Below, in pieces: positions 1-8,654 of a DNA stretch of 64,000 nucleotides (position 1 is its first letter; each line of letters begins with the position of its first letter). Under the pieces are notes generated by a model that saw nothing but the letters and a program-made list of their open reading frames with translations, ran no database searches and was not told the DNA's origin. The translations under genes were made by a program, and so were the position numbers. The stretch lies in assembly GCA_012840965.1 (NCBI GenBank), contig DUVQ01000103.1:291-64290 (forward strand), read 5' to 3'. Source of the stretch: Oligoflexales bacterium (lineage in GTDB: Bacteria > Myxococcota_A > UBA9042 > DTJE01).

Positions 1-996
1 CATGCCCGGGAAGACGGCGGTGATTAGGTGCTTGAAGTCTCGGGGTAGGGGGGCGGTGATTTCTAGCCTTTGTCCGGTTATTGGGTGGGTGAAAGCCACG
101 GACCAGGCGTGCAGTGCGTGACGCGTCATCTGCCTTAGGCTGGCTGCCTCGGACTCTGGCCTGCTACCAGGCCTTGGATAGGCCCGCCCATAAACTCGAT
201 CTCCGATTATCGGATGCCCAAGCTCCGATAGATGCACTCGAATCTGATGAGTACGCCCAGTCAGCGGCTGAGCCACCACAAGTGCAACCAAACTGGTTCG
301 CGCCAAGGTCTCATAACGGGTTATAGCCTTGCGATTAGAACTGACCTTACCAGTGAACTGACGCCTGTCACCTGGTCGACGCCCAAAATCAGACACGATC
401 TCTCCATGATCTGCGATAGAAGGCCCCAAAACCACAGCCAGATACTTTTTGTCTACCTGTCGATCTTTGAATTGCCTAGCCAAACCCTCATGCACTGCAT
501 TACTTTTCGCAATCAGGATGACCCCGGAAGTCTCTTTGTCTAGGCGATGAACCAAACCAGGACGGTCCGGCCCACCAAGCGTTGAAAAAGTCCGCCCACT
601 TGCAATTAACTGATTCACCAAGGTTCCTGACTGGTTACCCGCACCAGGATGAACCACTAAACCAGGCCTTTTGTTTAACGCCAGAATATCGCCGTCTTCA
701 TAAATGATATTTAGCTCGCCAGCAGACGGCGTCAATTCCCTTTTCGCAGGCGCCTCAGGGATCGACACCTTTACAGTCATGCCAGCCGCCACGCGATAAC
801 CACGCGCACGTTTGCGGCCATCTACAAGCACCCGATCAGCCTCGATCAATTTCTGGGCAGTCGACCTGGAAATCGATGGCACCAAGGCAGCCACACACAT
901 GTCAAGCCGCCAACCAGCGTGGGCTTCCCCAATCAGAAATTGCTCCTCTTGAAACTTGCTTTCGCTGATTTGTGCTTGCTGGACACCGGTTTCCAT
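1..996 (-). CDS. rluD: RluA/RluD-family pseudouridine synthase (3' end runs off the window; absent from the ORF track)
   Basis: Manual translation from ATG 996: N-terminal S4-like region (GWRLDMCV..SRSTAQKLI..V.VDG), NKRPGLVVHPG, catalytic HRLDKETSG, TGRTHQIRVH, GHPIIGD.VYG, HALHA, APLPRDF. No stop before base 1. Confidence 0.9.
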   Translation of the reverse strand, partial: METGVQQAQISESKFQEEQFLIGEAHAGWRLDMCVAALVPSISRSTAQKLIEADRVLVDGRKRARGYRVAAGMTVKVSIPEAPAKRELTPSAGELNIIYEDGDILALNKRPGLVVHPGAGNQSGTLVNQLIASGRTFSTLGGPDRPGLVHRLDKETSGVILIAKSNAVHEGLARQFKDRQVDKKYLAVVLGPSIADHGEIVSDFGRRPGDRRQFTGKVSSNRKAITRYETLARTSLVALVVAQPLTGRTHQIRVHLSELGHPIIGDRVYGRAYPRPGSRPESEAASLRQMTRHALHAWSVAFTHPITGQRLEITAPLPRDFKHLITAVFPGM

Positions 997-1034
997 TGCA
1001 GTTTCACTCGAAAATAAGGAAGATAGTGGGGTTT

Positions 1035-4000
1035 ATGAGCGAGGTCAAGTACCTGGTGCGTTCCCGAACACTTGCTAAGTTTCAAGCCTGCTTCCTGCTG
1101 GTTGCGCTTTCAACCGTCCTGAGTTGTGAGTCAGGGCCAGCCCTCAAGAAAAACTTGGAGGCCTGCCAAGAAGACTATGAATGCGCCTCAAACCTTTGTC
1201 TCCAGGGGCTTTGTGGCGACCCTCAAGCTGACCCAGACTACGATGGAATCCCAACGATTGTCGAGCTAAGGCTCGGACTTGACCCATTAAACCCTGATAC
1301 AGATTCAGATCAAATCCCAGACGGCATTGAAGTTGGCCCAGACTTTAACAACCCCATCGACACAGATGGCGACGGGATTATTGACGCCCTTGAAAGCAAC
1401 ATAAACGACGCTGATGGCGACTGCGTTCCTGATGTATTTGACCCCAGAAACGATATCCCAGATGCAACCGATGAAGAAGTGGCGCTTTTTGGATGTTCGA
1501 GGGTGGGCGTTTGCGGGGCCGACCCATTTGGCAAGCGGGCTACCTGCGCAGACGGGGTAGCGCTGTGCGACTATGAGCTGGTCGCCGGATACAGGCCTGC
1601 CCCTGAAGACCTCTGTGATGGCTTGGACAATGACTGCAATGGATTGACTGATGAAGGCTTCAACCTTGAGGGCATCCCAATTGGCCTGCCTTGCTTAGGC
1701 TTGGGAAGCTGTGGTGCCGGCACAGTGGAATGCGCAGACGACCAGGTTTCTACCAGGTGCTCAAGCAACCCGGGCGGCTCCCAAGACCAGTCAACACCTG
1801 AAACCTGTAACGGGCTTGACGACGATTGCGACGGAGAGACTGACAACAACCTGTTTTTGGCGGGAGTTCCCCTTGGCGGGTACTGCAAAGGCAGAGGCCA
1901 GTGTGGCATAGGGGTTGTTGAATGTGATGAGGACGGCGGGTTAAGATGCTCCACCAATCCAGGCGGCTCCCAAGACCAGTCAAAACCCGAGGTGTGTAAC
2001 GGACTTGACGACGACTGCAATGGCCAAACTGACGATGGGGTAGTGTGGGACGCTGAATCCGACCCATGCCGCACTCCAATGGGAATTTGTGCCTTATATC
2101 CTGAAAATGTGGTCCCAAGATGCTGGTTTGGCAAACCTTGGTGCGATTATTCCGATGTCCCAGGTTACAACGGTTTAGAGGAAGCCTTTTGTGACAACAT
2201 CGATAACAATTGCGATGGCTTGACTGATGAATCTCCAGCTTTTGCCTATGACGATCCCGTGCTTGGAACTCGCTTCATCGGCCAATCATGCGGCGCTGGG
2301 GCGTGTGTTGGGGGTACCGTCGTTTGCTCAGATGACGGCTTGGCTGGAAGTTGCTCATCCCTGAATTTGGGCTCCGATGAAATCTGCAACGGCCTTGATG
2401 ACAACTGTAATGGCCTAATTGACGAGGGATTGGCCAAAGTTTTCAGTGAGTTGTCTGTGGTTGCCCAAGAGCCCAATGTCAGGTTTGGAGCTGGCATGGT
2501 AGCAGTTGAGTCCGAGCTGTATGTCTATGGAGGGGCCCCAGCGGATAATATGCCCAATGATATCCGAGTGGTTTATGACGATTTGTGGCGCTTTGACGGT
2601 ACTGCTCGCCGTTTTTCATCGTTGGAATCCACAGGTCCAGGCCCAAGATTCCAGCCAATCCTCGTGCACTCTCCTGAAGTTGAAGAAGGCACTAGTGGGC
2701 AGTTGATTCTCTTGGGTGGCCATTTCCCCGCCTCGCACCAGGCGCTTCCTATTTGGACCTACGACTTGGAACAGCGGTCGTGGTCAGCTTCAGAGCTGGA
2801 GTTAGAGCAGGCCGACATGGTGGCCGCTGGCATTGCCAATGGGCATTTGTGGGTCTTAAGTGCAGGATCGTCGTGTCAGCTGACCAAAATCGACATGGCT
2901 ATCACTAGGCATGTTTGTGAAGAACAGGAAATTCCTGAACTTGATGGAGTTGTTGGGACTTTTGTCGGCCCATCTGAAGGTGGTGAGCCAGCTGGATTTA
3001 TGCTCTACGGACTTTCAAGGGAAGCAAAAGATGAGGATATTCAACCTCAGATGTGGTTCATTCCTTTGGAGGGGCAGCCTTGGGAGATTTCCGCCTTGCC
3101 GCTAGTGTCTCCAGAGCAACTGCCACGGCGCCTCAAGCCTTCACTGGCAGTTTTACCTGACCGCTCACTGTTGCTGATAGGTGGGACTAACACAAGCGGC
3201 CTTTTGGCGACTGATATGTTGCGCGTTAGGTTCAATGCTGACGAGCTGAGCGTTGGCAGGGCCCCTTCCATTTCGGGTGGGATATCTCTGCAATTGCCGT
3301 CTGTTGCCTCCAATCAGAATGGCGCCTATTTGTATGGAGGTCAGACCGTTTCTGGTCAAGGGTTCAGGCAAGTCCAACGCTTTGATATTGTTGATAATGA
3401 GTGGAAATCTTTGCTGCTGACTAGGCTTCCTCCAGGTCGAGTCGATGCCTCTATGTTTTCGCTTCGTGGTGGGCGTCTTGCGTATCTATTTGGCGGCTGG
3501 ACCACCGACGCGAGTGGTAGGCGGGCTTTGGCAGATATTTGGTCTTGGTCGGTGGATGACTTTACTTTCCAACCAGTTGCCTTGGTTAACAGCTCTGCAC
3601 CGGTTTTTATCAAGGGTGCGTTGGCTGTCGACGAAGGTGCAGGCATCATTTATCTGCATGGTGGCCTTCAAGCGCCTGTTGGGGTGATTGGTGGAATATC
3701 CAATACATTCGCCAGATTTATTCCGTCTCCTCGCGATTTTGAAGTCATTGGGTCAGGGCCAGGGGCGCGTTATAACCATTCCATGACCTGGACCCCTGGA
3801 GGGCTTTTGCTGTATGGCGGTCATAATGGCGAAAGAGTTCTTGGGGATATGTGGCGCTGGACAAGTGAAAACGGTTGGCAAAGGGAAATAAGTGATCCAA
3901 GGCCAAGTCAGAAGCACCAAGCGTTCTGGGATCAGGATGGTCAGCGCCTGATAGTGGTGGGAGGCCAGCCACGGGGTGAAGTAGTGGCTTGGTCATCTGG

Positions 4001-4277
4001 TAAGTGGGAGGTCCTGTCATCAGATTATCCAGCCAAGGGAAATTCAATCTTTGTTGACGAGGATTCGAACGGCTGTCTTGTGGTTGACCATGATGGAGCG
4101 ACTTCTTTTCTAAGTTTTGAAACCTGGGAAGCAGTCCCATTACCAGACATGTCGCTGCTTCCCTTCGGGGCAGGAGCATACAACCAAGTAACGAGGCAAT
4201 TCCTGTACTACAGCGGGGGATCCTCCCAGCCATTAGCAATATCAATCACACAAACTTGCCCAGAATCGCTGCCGTAA
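1035..4277 (+). CDS. Secreted lipoprotein with Ca-binding DxDxDG repeats, MopE-type Cys-rich metal-binding repeats and a C-terminal Kelch-like beta-propeller
   Basis: Start moved to ATG 1035 because the ORF-track start overlaps rluD. Lipobox TVLSC; DPDYDG/DTDGDG/DADGDC; about five E.CNGLD[DN]DC.G.[TI]D units; later LYVYGG, LILLGG, AYLYGG, YLFGG, LLLYGG Kelch-like blades. Confidence 0.75.
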   Translation: MSEVKYLVRSRTLAKFQACFLLVALSTVLSCESGPALKKNLEACQEDYECASNLCLQGLCGDPQADPDYDGIPTIVELRLGLDPLNPDTDSDQIPDGIEVGPDFNNPIDTDGDGIIDALESNINDADGDCVPDVFDPRNDIPDATDEEVALFGCSRVGVCGADPFGKRATCADGVALCDYELVAGYRPAPEDLCDGLDNDCNGLTDEGFNLEGIPIGLPCLGLGSCGAGTVECADDQVSTRCSSNPGGSQDQSTPETCNGLDDDCDGETDNNLFLAGVPLGGYCKGRGQCGIGVVECDEDGGLRCSTNPGGSQDQSKPEVCNGLDDDCNGQTDDGVVWDAESDPCRTPMGICALYPENVVPRCWFGKPWCDYSDVPGYNGLEEAFCDNIDNNCDGLTDESPAFAYDDPVLGTRFIGQSCGAGACVGGTVVCSDDGLAGSCSSLNLGSDEICNGLDDNCNGLIDEGLAKVFSELSVVAQEPNVRFGAGMVAVESELYVYGGAPADNMPNDIRVVYDDLWRFDGTARRFSSLESTGPGPRFQPILVHSPEVEEGTSGQLILLGGHFPASHQALPIWTYDLEQRSWSASELELEQADMVAAGIANGHLWVLSAGSSCQLTKIDMAITRHVCEEQEIPELDGVVGTFVGPSEGGEPAGFMLYGLSREAKDEDIQPQMWFIPLEGQPWEISALPLVSPEQLPRRLKPSLAVLPDRSLLLIGGTNTSGLLATDMLRVRFNADELSVGRAPSISGGISLQLPSVASNQNGAYLYGGQTVSGQGFRQVQRFDIVDNEWKSLLLTRLPPGRVDASMFSLRGGRLAYLFGGWTTDASGRRALADIWSWSVDDFTFQPVALVNSSAPVFIKGALAVDEGAGIIYLHGGLQAPVGVIGGISNTFARFIPSPRDFEVIGSGPGARYNHSMTWTPGGLLLYGGHNGERVLGDMWRWTSENGWQREISDPRPSQKHQAFWDQDGQRLIVVGGQPRGEVVAWSSGKWEVLSSDYPAKGNSIFVDEDSNGCLVVDHDGATSFLSFETWEAVPLPDMSLLPFGAGAYNQVTRQFLYYSGGSSQPLAISITQTCPESLP
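1767..2018 (+). repeat. Internal duplication (189-nt / 63-aa period) in the lipoprotein gene
   Basis: aacccgggcggctcccaagaccagtcaacacctgaaacctgtaacgggcttgacgacgattgc at 1767 recurs as aatccaggcggctcccaagaccagtcaaaacccgaggtgtgtaacggacttgacgacgactgc at 1956. Confidence 0.85.
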
Positions 4278-4293
4278 TTGTACCCCCGTTTTT

Positions 4294-4397
4294 GACCCTG
4301 CTAATTAGCATGTTTTAGCTCCCAATTGTTTGTTCTTTGTTGCGTTTTATCTCTTCGTTACAGTTTTAAAACATGTCCGGGGGCATCCTTCCGGCCC
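4294..4397 (+). repeat. 104-nt dispersed non-coding element, copy A
   Basis: Aligns without gaps to the reverse complement of 39733-39836 (15 mismatches in 104 nt by hand count). Followed by a C-rich hexamer tract. Confidence 0.85.
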
Positions 4398-4464
4398 CGG
4401 CCCCTGTCCCTGCCCCGCCTTTGGTACTATACTCATAACTGGACCTTTGCTGTCCCTAGCTCCT

Positions 4465-5889
4465 ATGGCACAGGAGACTGGCGTGTTGGATCAATGGCTA
4501 ATCCTAATTTTGTCGGGGCTGTTAGTTGTTACAGCCATTGGTTTTTCCACTCACATCTTGCTGAACAAACGCAATCCGTACGCTGCGGCTTGGTGGCTGA
4601 CCCTTATTTGGTTTGTTCCAGTTATCGGGATGTTGTTGTATTGGGGATTTGGCGTCAATAGGGTTGCCAGAAAGGCCAGAAAGCGTAAAAAACCAAAAGT
4701 TGCGCCTGGTACTCCAAACAAAAGGGATGTGCCTGATGACCTGCTACCCCTTCTGCATGCCGGAGAGCACCTGTGCCCATGGCCTTTAGCACCTAACAAC
4801 GCCATCGAGCTTTTGAGAGACGGCGACGAAACTTACCCAGCAATGTTGCAAGCCATTGAAGGCGCCCAAAAAACGATTGGGATGGTTACCTATATTTTTG
4901 ACGAGGATGAGGCCGGCCTCAAATTCGAAAAAGCCTTGATGGACGCTGCCGCCAGGGGGGTTAAAGTCAGACTCCTGGTCGACGGCCTTGGCGCTATTGG
5001 TATCGGTCCCAGGCTCCATCGCACCTTGCCAAAGGCCGGGGGAAAGGTAGCCTCCTTTTGGCCTAGGGGGCGTTGGCTTAAACACCCAGGGATAAACCTT
5101 CGAAATCACCGCAAAATTCTGGTTGTTGATGGAACGATTGGCTTTACTGGTGGACTTAATATCTCCAGCAAGCACGTCTCAAGGTCAAAAACGATTGGCC
5201 CTGAATCTAATGACCTCCACTTCAGGCTGCGTGGTCCAGTTGTTTCGCATCTGGTGGAAGCCTTTTTGGACGACTGGGAGCTTGCCACTGGTGAAGTACT
5301 AAAGGGGCCAAATTGGTTCCCAGAGCTTCCACACGCTGGAACTATCATGGCGCGCGGTTTTCCTTCTGGTCCAGAGTTTGAAGAGGCTCCCCTTCACGAA
5401 CTGCTTTTAAGTGCTGTGCGCACCGCCAAAAAGCGCGTTGATTTGATGTCCCCGTATTTTATTCCAGATGCCGCTTTATTGGCGCTGATGCGAACCGCCA
5501 GCCGTTCTGGGGTCAAAGTCCGCTTGGTGATACCCAAGAAAACGGACCATCCTTTTATGGCTTGGGCCGCACGGGCTTACTTGCCAGAACTGGTTGCATG
5601 TGGGGTGGATGTCTGGGAGGTGGCGGGCGATTTTGTACACGCAAAACTGGCCGTTGTTGATAATCACTGGGTGATGTTTGGCTCAGCCAATCTCGATAAT
5701 CGAAGTTTTCGCCTTAATTTTGAATTTAACGTCGAGGCATGGTCAGCAGATTTGGCCAGACGGGTGATGTCCTACATCAACCATTACCAGGGTAGGTCCA
5801 CCAAAGTGACTAGAAAGACTTTGCGCAAAGAACCAGTGGCGATACGTCTGCGAAACCAAGCCATCAAACTGTTTTCCCCACTTTTGTAA
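4465..5889 (+). CDS. cls: Cardiolipin synthase (phospholipase D family)
   Basis: N-terminal TM segments with AAWWLTLIWFVPVIG.LLY; two HKD motifs (NHRKILVVD, HAKLAVVD); GSANLDNRS..LNFE. Start moved to ATG 4465 because the longer ORF reads through the repeat element. Confidence 0.9.
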   Translation: MAQETGVLDQWLILILSGLLVVTAIGFSTHILLNKRNPYAAAWWLTLIWFVPVIGMLLYWGFGVNRVARKARKRKKPKVAPGTPNKRDVPDDLLPLLHAGEHLCPWPLAPNNAIELLRDGDETYPAMLQAIEGAQKTIGMVTYIFDEDEAGLKFEKALMDAAARGVKVRLLVDGLGAIGIGPRLHRTLPKAGGKVASFWPRGRWLKHPGINLRNHRKILVVDGTIGFTGGLNISSKHVSRSKTIGPESNDLHFRLRGPVVSHLVEAFLDDWELATGEVLKGPNWFPELPHAGTIMARGFPSGPEFEEAPLHELLLSAVRTAKKRVDLMSPYFIPDAALLALMRTASRSGVKVRLVIPKKTDHPFMAWAARAYLPELVACGVDVWEVAGDFVHAKLAVVDNHWVMFGSANLDNRSFRLNFEFNVEAWSADLARRVMSYINHYQGRSTKVTRKTLRKEPVAIRLRNQAIKLFSPLL

Positions 5890-5922
5890 TACAATGCTCA
5901 GGCCCGCTTTTTTAGAGGCCCC

Positions 5923-7299
5923 ATGAGTAGTGCAAACAATAACGACTCGGCAGCAGGCGATAAACCTGCCGGCCAAGACCGCGTAGCTGGCGACCTGGCC
6001 CAACACGGTTGCTCAATGACGGGCTTTGTTTTCCAGCTTGCAGGCATGCCTGGCCGTTTGTCCATCGTGATATTTGGAGAGCGTGATTGCGCCAACGCCA
6101 TGCCCAGACTTAGGGCCAAAACAGCCTCTGACCCAGAATGGAACGTCTTTTCTGCACATATCTCTGAGTCGGATGTTGTTGCTGGAACAGCTGAAAAGAC
6201 GTTGGAAGAGTGCCTTCGAGCGGTGGCTGCCCCTCGATGGGTCCCACCTGGTGAATTTTTGCCCCCCGAGGGCATTATCGTGGTCTCGACCTGCCTTTCC
6301 GAGATGATTGGCGCCGACCCAAAGCCCGTTTGCGAGCTGGTTGAAAGGGAAACAGGCGTTAAAATAGTGCCAGTTGCAACTAGCGGCCTAAAACTTAGAA
6401 CCCAGCCTGAGGTTGCAGATTGGGTCGCCAAAACCATGATTACTGAGTTTGGCAAATTTTCCGAGCCGGACCAAGATGCCATCAATCTGATTGGTTATTC
6501 CACGGACCCAGTCGAAAACCCCCAGGATTTACATCGCACATTCCAAGGTGAGGTCAGTCAGGCTTTAAAGCCAGCTGGACTGAGGGTCAATGCCCAAGCG
6601 CCAATTGGAGCGTCCTTGGATGACTGGCGCAATTTGCCCACGGCTGGGCTTTCTGTAGTCATCGATCAAGTCATGTATGACAACCTGTTGCAATTGCTTG
6701 AAAGGCCAGGGCACATCGTCTTGGAATTGCCTCAACCATATGGTTTAGCCAAAACTGACGCCTTTTACCAGGCGATAGCTAAAGCGACAGGTAGACCCCT
6801 TGAAGAAGGCTTGGCACAACTTGATGCAAGGCAGGCTGCTGTCGAGGCTTTGGCCCGCGCCAAGAGCAAATTTACAGGCAAGCGGCTCGCTTATGGAATC
6901 GGCTCGCATCATAACTTCAGGCCAGATGATTTGGCCTCTGAGGGCCTTGGGGCCCTGCCTCTTATGCTGGAGATGGGGTTTGAAGTCGAGATTGTAATCC
7001 AGGAGCGTGATCGTCCCGACGTCCATGACAGGATCAAGCGCAATCTGGCTGCTCTTAACATCGATTTACCCTACCGTCTGTTTTATGAACCGGCGGTGCT
7101 GGCCCCCGTTTTGCTGGAAGGGAAGTTTGATGTTGGCTATCTATCAGACTTTTTGATGGGACAGGCGACTTCAGTGCACCTGCCGACGGTTCCATTGGGG
7201 CGTTTGCTGCCAGGTTATCGCGGTATTCCAAGAGCTGTAAGCAAATTTGAAAACATTGCAGGCTCAATCTTTGAAGGGCGCTACAAAAAGTACCTCTAA
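5923..7299 (+). CDS. Nitrogenase component 1-like oxidoreductase, alpha-type subunit (NifD/BchN/BchY fold)
   Basis: Three cluster-ligand Cys at NifD-like spacing: C30 (HGCSMTG), C56 (GERDCAN), C124 (STCLSEMIGAD). ESDVVAG resembles NifD EKDIVFG. C-terminal PGYRG. Confidence 0.8.
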   Translation: MSSANNNDSAAGDKPAGQDRVAGDLAQHGCSMTGFVFQLAGMPGRLSIVIFGERDCANAMPRLRAKTASDPEWNVFSAHISESDVVAGTAEKTLEECLRAVAAPRWVPPGEFLPPEGIIVVSTCLSEMIGADPKPVCELVERETGVKIVPVATSGLKLRTQPEVADWVAKTMITEFGKFSEPDQDAINLIGYSTDPVENPQDLHRTFQGEVSQALKPAGLRVNAQAPIGASLDDWRNLPTAGLSVVIDQVMYDNLLQLLERPGHIVLELPQPYGLAKTDAFYQAIAKATGRPLEEGLAQLDARQAAVEALARAKSKFTGKRLAYGIGSHHNFRPDDLASEGLGALPLMLEMGFEVEIVIQERDRPDVHDRIKRNLAALNIDLPYRLFYEPAVLAPVLLEGKFDVGYLSDFLMGQATSVHLPTVPLGRLLPGYRGIPRAVSKFENIAGSIFEGRYKKYL

Positions 7300-7308
7300 G
7301 GGGGATTA

Positions 7309-8619
7309 ATGCAAGCTAACCATCCAGACTTGGAAAAATTCAGACTAAGGCCTGTTGATCATACTGATTTGTTTGGGATTTTTATGGGGGTTCACGCGAT
7401 TCCCAACACGGTAATGCTCCTGCACACTACAGTCGGCTGTAAATTTAAGACCCAAATGCATCTAGTGGACCACGATTGGTTTTCAGAATCCCATAATCAA
7501 CGGCTTTGGACTGGTGTTGATGACGTCCGCCTGATTCAAGGGTCTGGCAAACGTTTGCTGCAATTTGCCACCACCTGGTATGAAAGACGGCATCCAGAAT
7601 TGTTTGTTGTCACAACCAACGCCGCCATTGAGCTTTCAGCATTCGACGTCGAGGCCGCCGTTCAGGAATTGCAGGCCACGCTTCCGTGTCCGGTGATTTT
7701 GCTTAAAGCACCAGGCCATGAAGGCTCATATCAGCGTGGTTATCGTCGTTTCATCGAAGCGATTTGTGAGCTGGTTGATTGGGATGTTAAACCCCAGGAA
7801 AAGCGCGTGTCTTTGGTGGGTTATCTGTTTGACAGATTTGAAATGGATCACGCGGCTAATCTTAGCGAAGTGCGGCGTCTGCTTTTGGCTGCTGGTCTTG
7901 AACCTGGTGTGAATCTGCTGGAAGGCCGCAAGCTCGGCGTCTTGGCCAACGTGGCAAAATCGCAAATAATCGGGGTGTTGCCCCTTGCCAAACCCATGAT
8001 TTCCTCCTTTGAAAAGTTGCCGGATCGCAAAATCGTTTCCTTGGACCTGCCCATCGGTTTAAATGGGACGGCCCAATTCTTGCGAACCTTGGTGGCAGCG
8101 GCCGGTGGTAATTTAGACGAGCTGGAAACTGTAATTGATCGCGAAATGGCCAGGGCAGTGCCTTTGATCGCCCATGGGGCTAGGCGTCTTAAAGGTACGC
8201 GAGTGGCCATTTTTCAAGATACCCCGACGGCAATTGCTTTGGCGGCATTTTTATGGGAACTGGACTGCGAAGTCCCCTTGGTGGCCCTCTCAGAGACCGA
8301 GCCTGTTGACCCTCAAGTGTTTTTTGATGGGATTGAGCGCCTTGGTGTGAAATTCGCTAACCAACCGGTTGTATTATCAAATGCTTCAAGGGATGGTGGG
8401 CTTGCCGAGTACAGACGGCTTGTTGAAGAGGACCCAATTCCGGTGGTGATTGGCTCTTCCCTACAGAAGGCCGCACTTGGCGCTGGTCAGGCCGCAGTCA
8501 TTGAACTTGGATATCCTTCAGTTTACAAACACAGCCTGTTTCCCGTGCCATGGCTTGGTTTTAACGGTGCTTTAGCGCTCGTTCAACGTTTAGTTGACGC
8601 CCTAAATTATGCTTTTTGA
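7309..8619 (+). CDS. Nitrogenase component 1-like oxidoreductase, beta-type subunit (NifK/BchB/BchZ fold)
   Basis: G..MGVHAIPN.VMLLHTTVGC (C44), LDLPIGLNGTAQFLR, ELGYPS...H...P.LGFNGAL.LVQRL. Starts 9 nt after the alpha subunit, with GGGGA RBS. Confidence 0.85.
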   Translation: MQANHPDLEKFRLRPVDHTDLFGIFMGVHAIPNTVMLLHTTVGCKFKTQMHLVDHDWFSESHNQRLWTGVDDVRLIQGSGKRLLQFATTWYERRHPELFVVTTNAAIELSAFDVEAAVQELQATLPCPVILLKAPGHEGSYQRGYRRFIEAICELVDWDVKPQEKRVSLVGYLFDRFEMDHAANLSEVRRLLLAAGLEPGVNLLEGRKLGVLANVAKSQIIGVLPLAKPMISSFEKLPDRKIVSLDLPIGLNGTAQFLRTLVAAAGGNLDELETVIDREMARAVPLIAHGARRLKGTRVAIFQDTPTAIALAAFLWELDCEVPLVALSETEPVDPQVFFDGIERLGVKFANQPVVLSNASRDGGLAEYRRLVEEDPIPVVIGSSLQKAALGAGQAAVIELGYPSVYKHSLFPVPWLGFNGALALVQRLVDALNYAF

Positions 8620-8654
8620 GTTACAGTAGGTGTGGCAACGGAGTTTAGGCAGCC

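Noticed and set aside
4326-4661. ORFs 4326-4661 and 39700-40158 sharing FVLxCVLSLRxSxKTCPGASFR as a small protein family
   Set aside because: The similarity is simply the 104-nt DNA repeat; the flanking translations are unrelated and overlap real genes.
5923-8619. Calling the pair true nifDK or photosynthetic bchNB/bchYZ
   Set aside because: P-cluster and FeMo-co ligands are incomplete, BchB's HAPxGD Asp is replaced by GC, and no nif/bch accessory genes or Fe protein are present.
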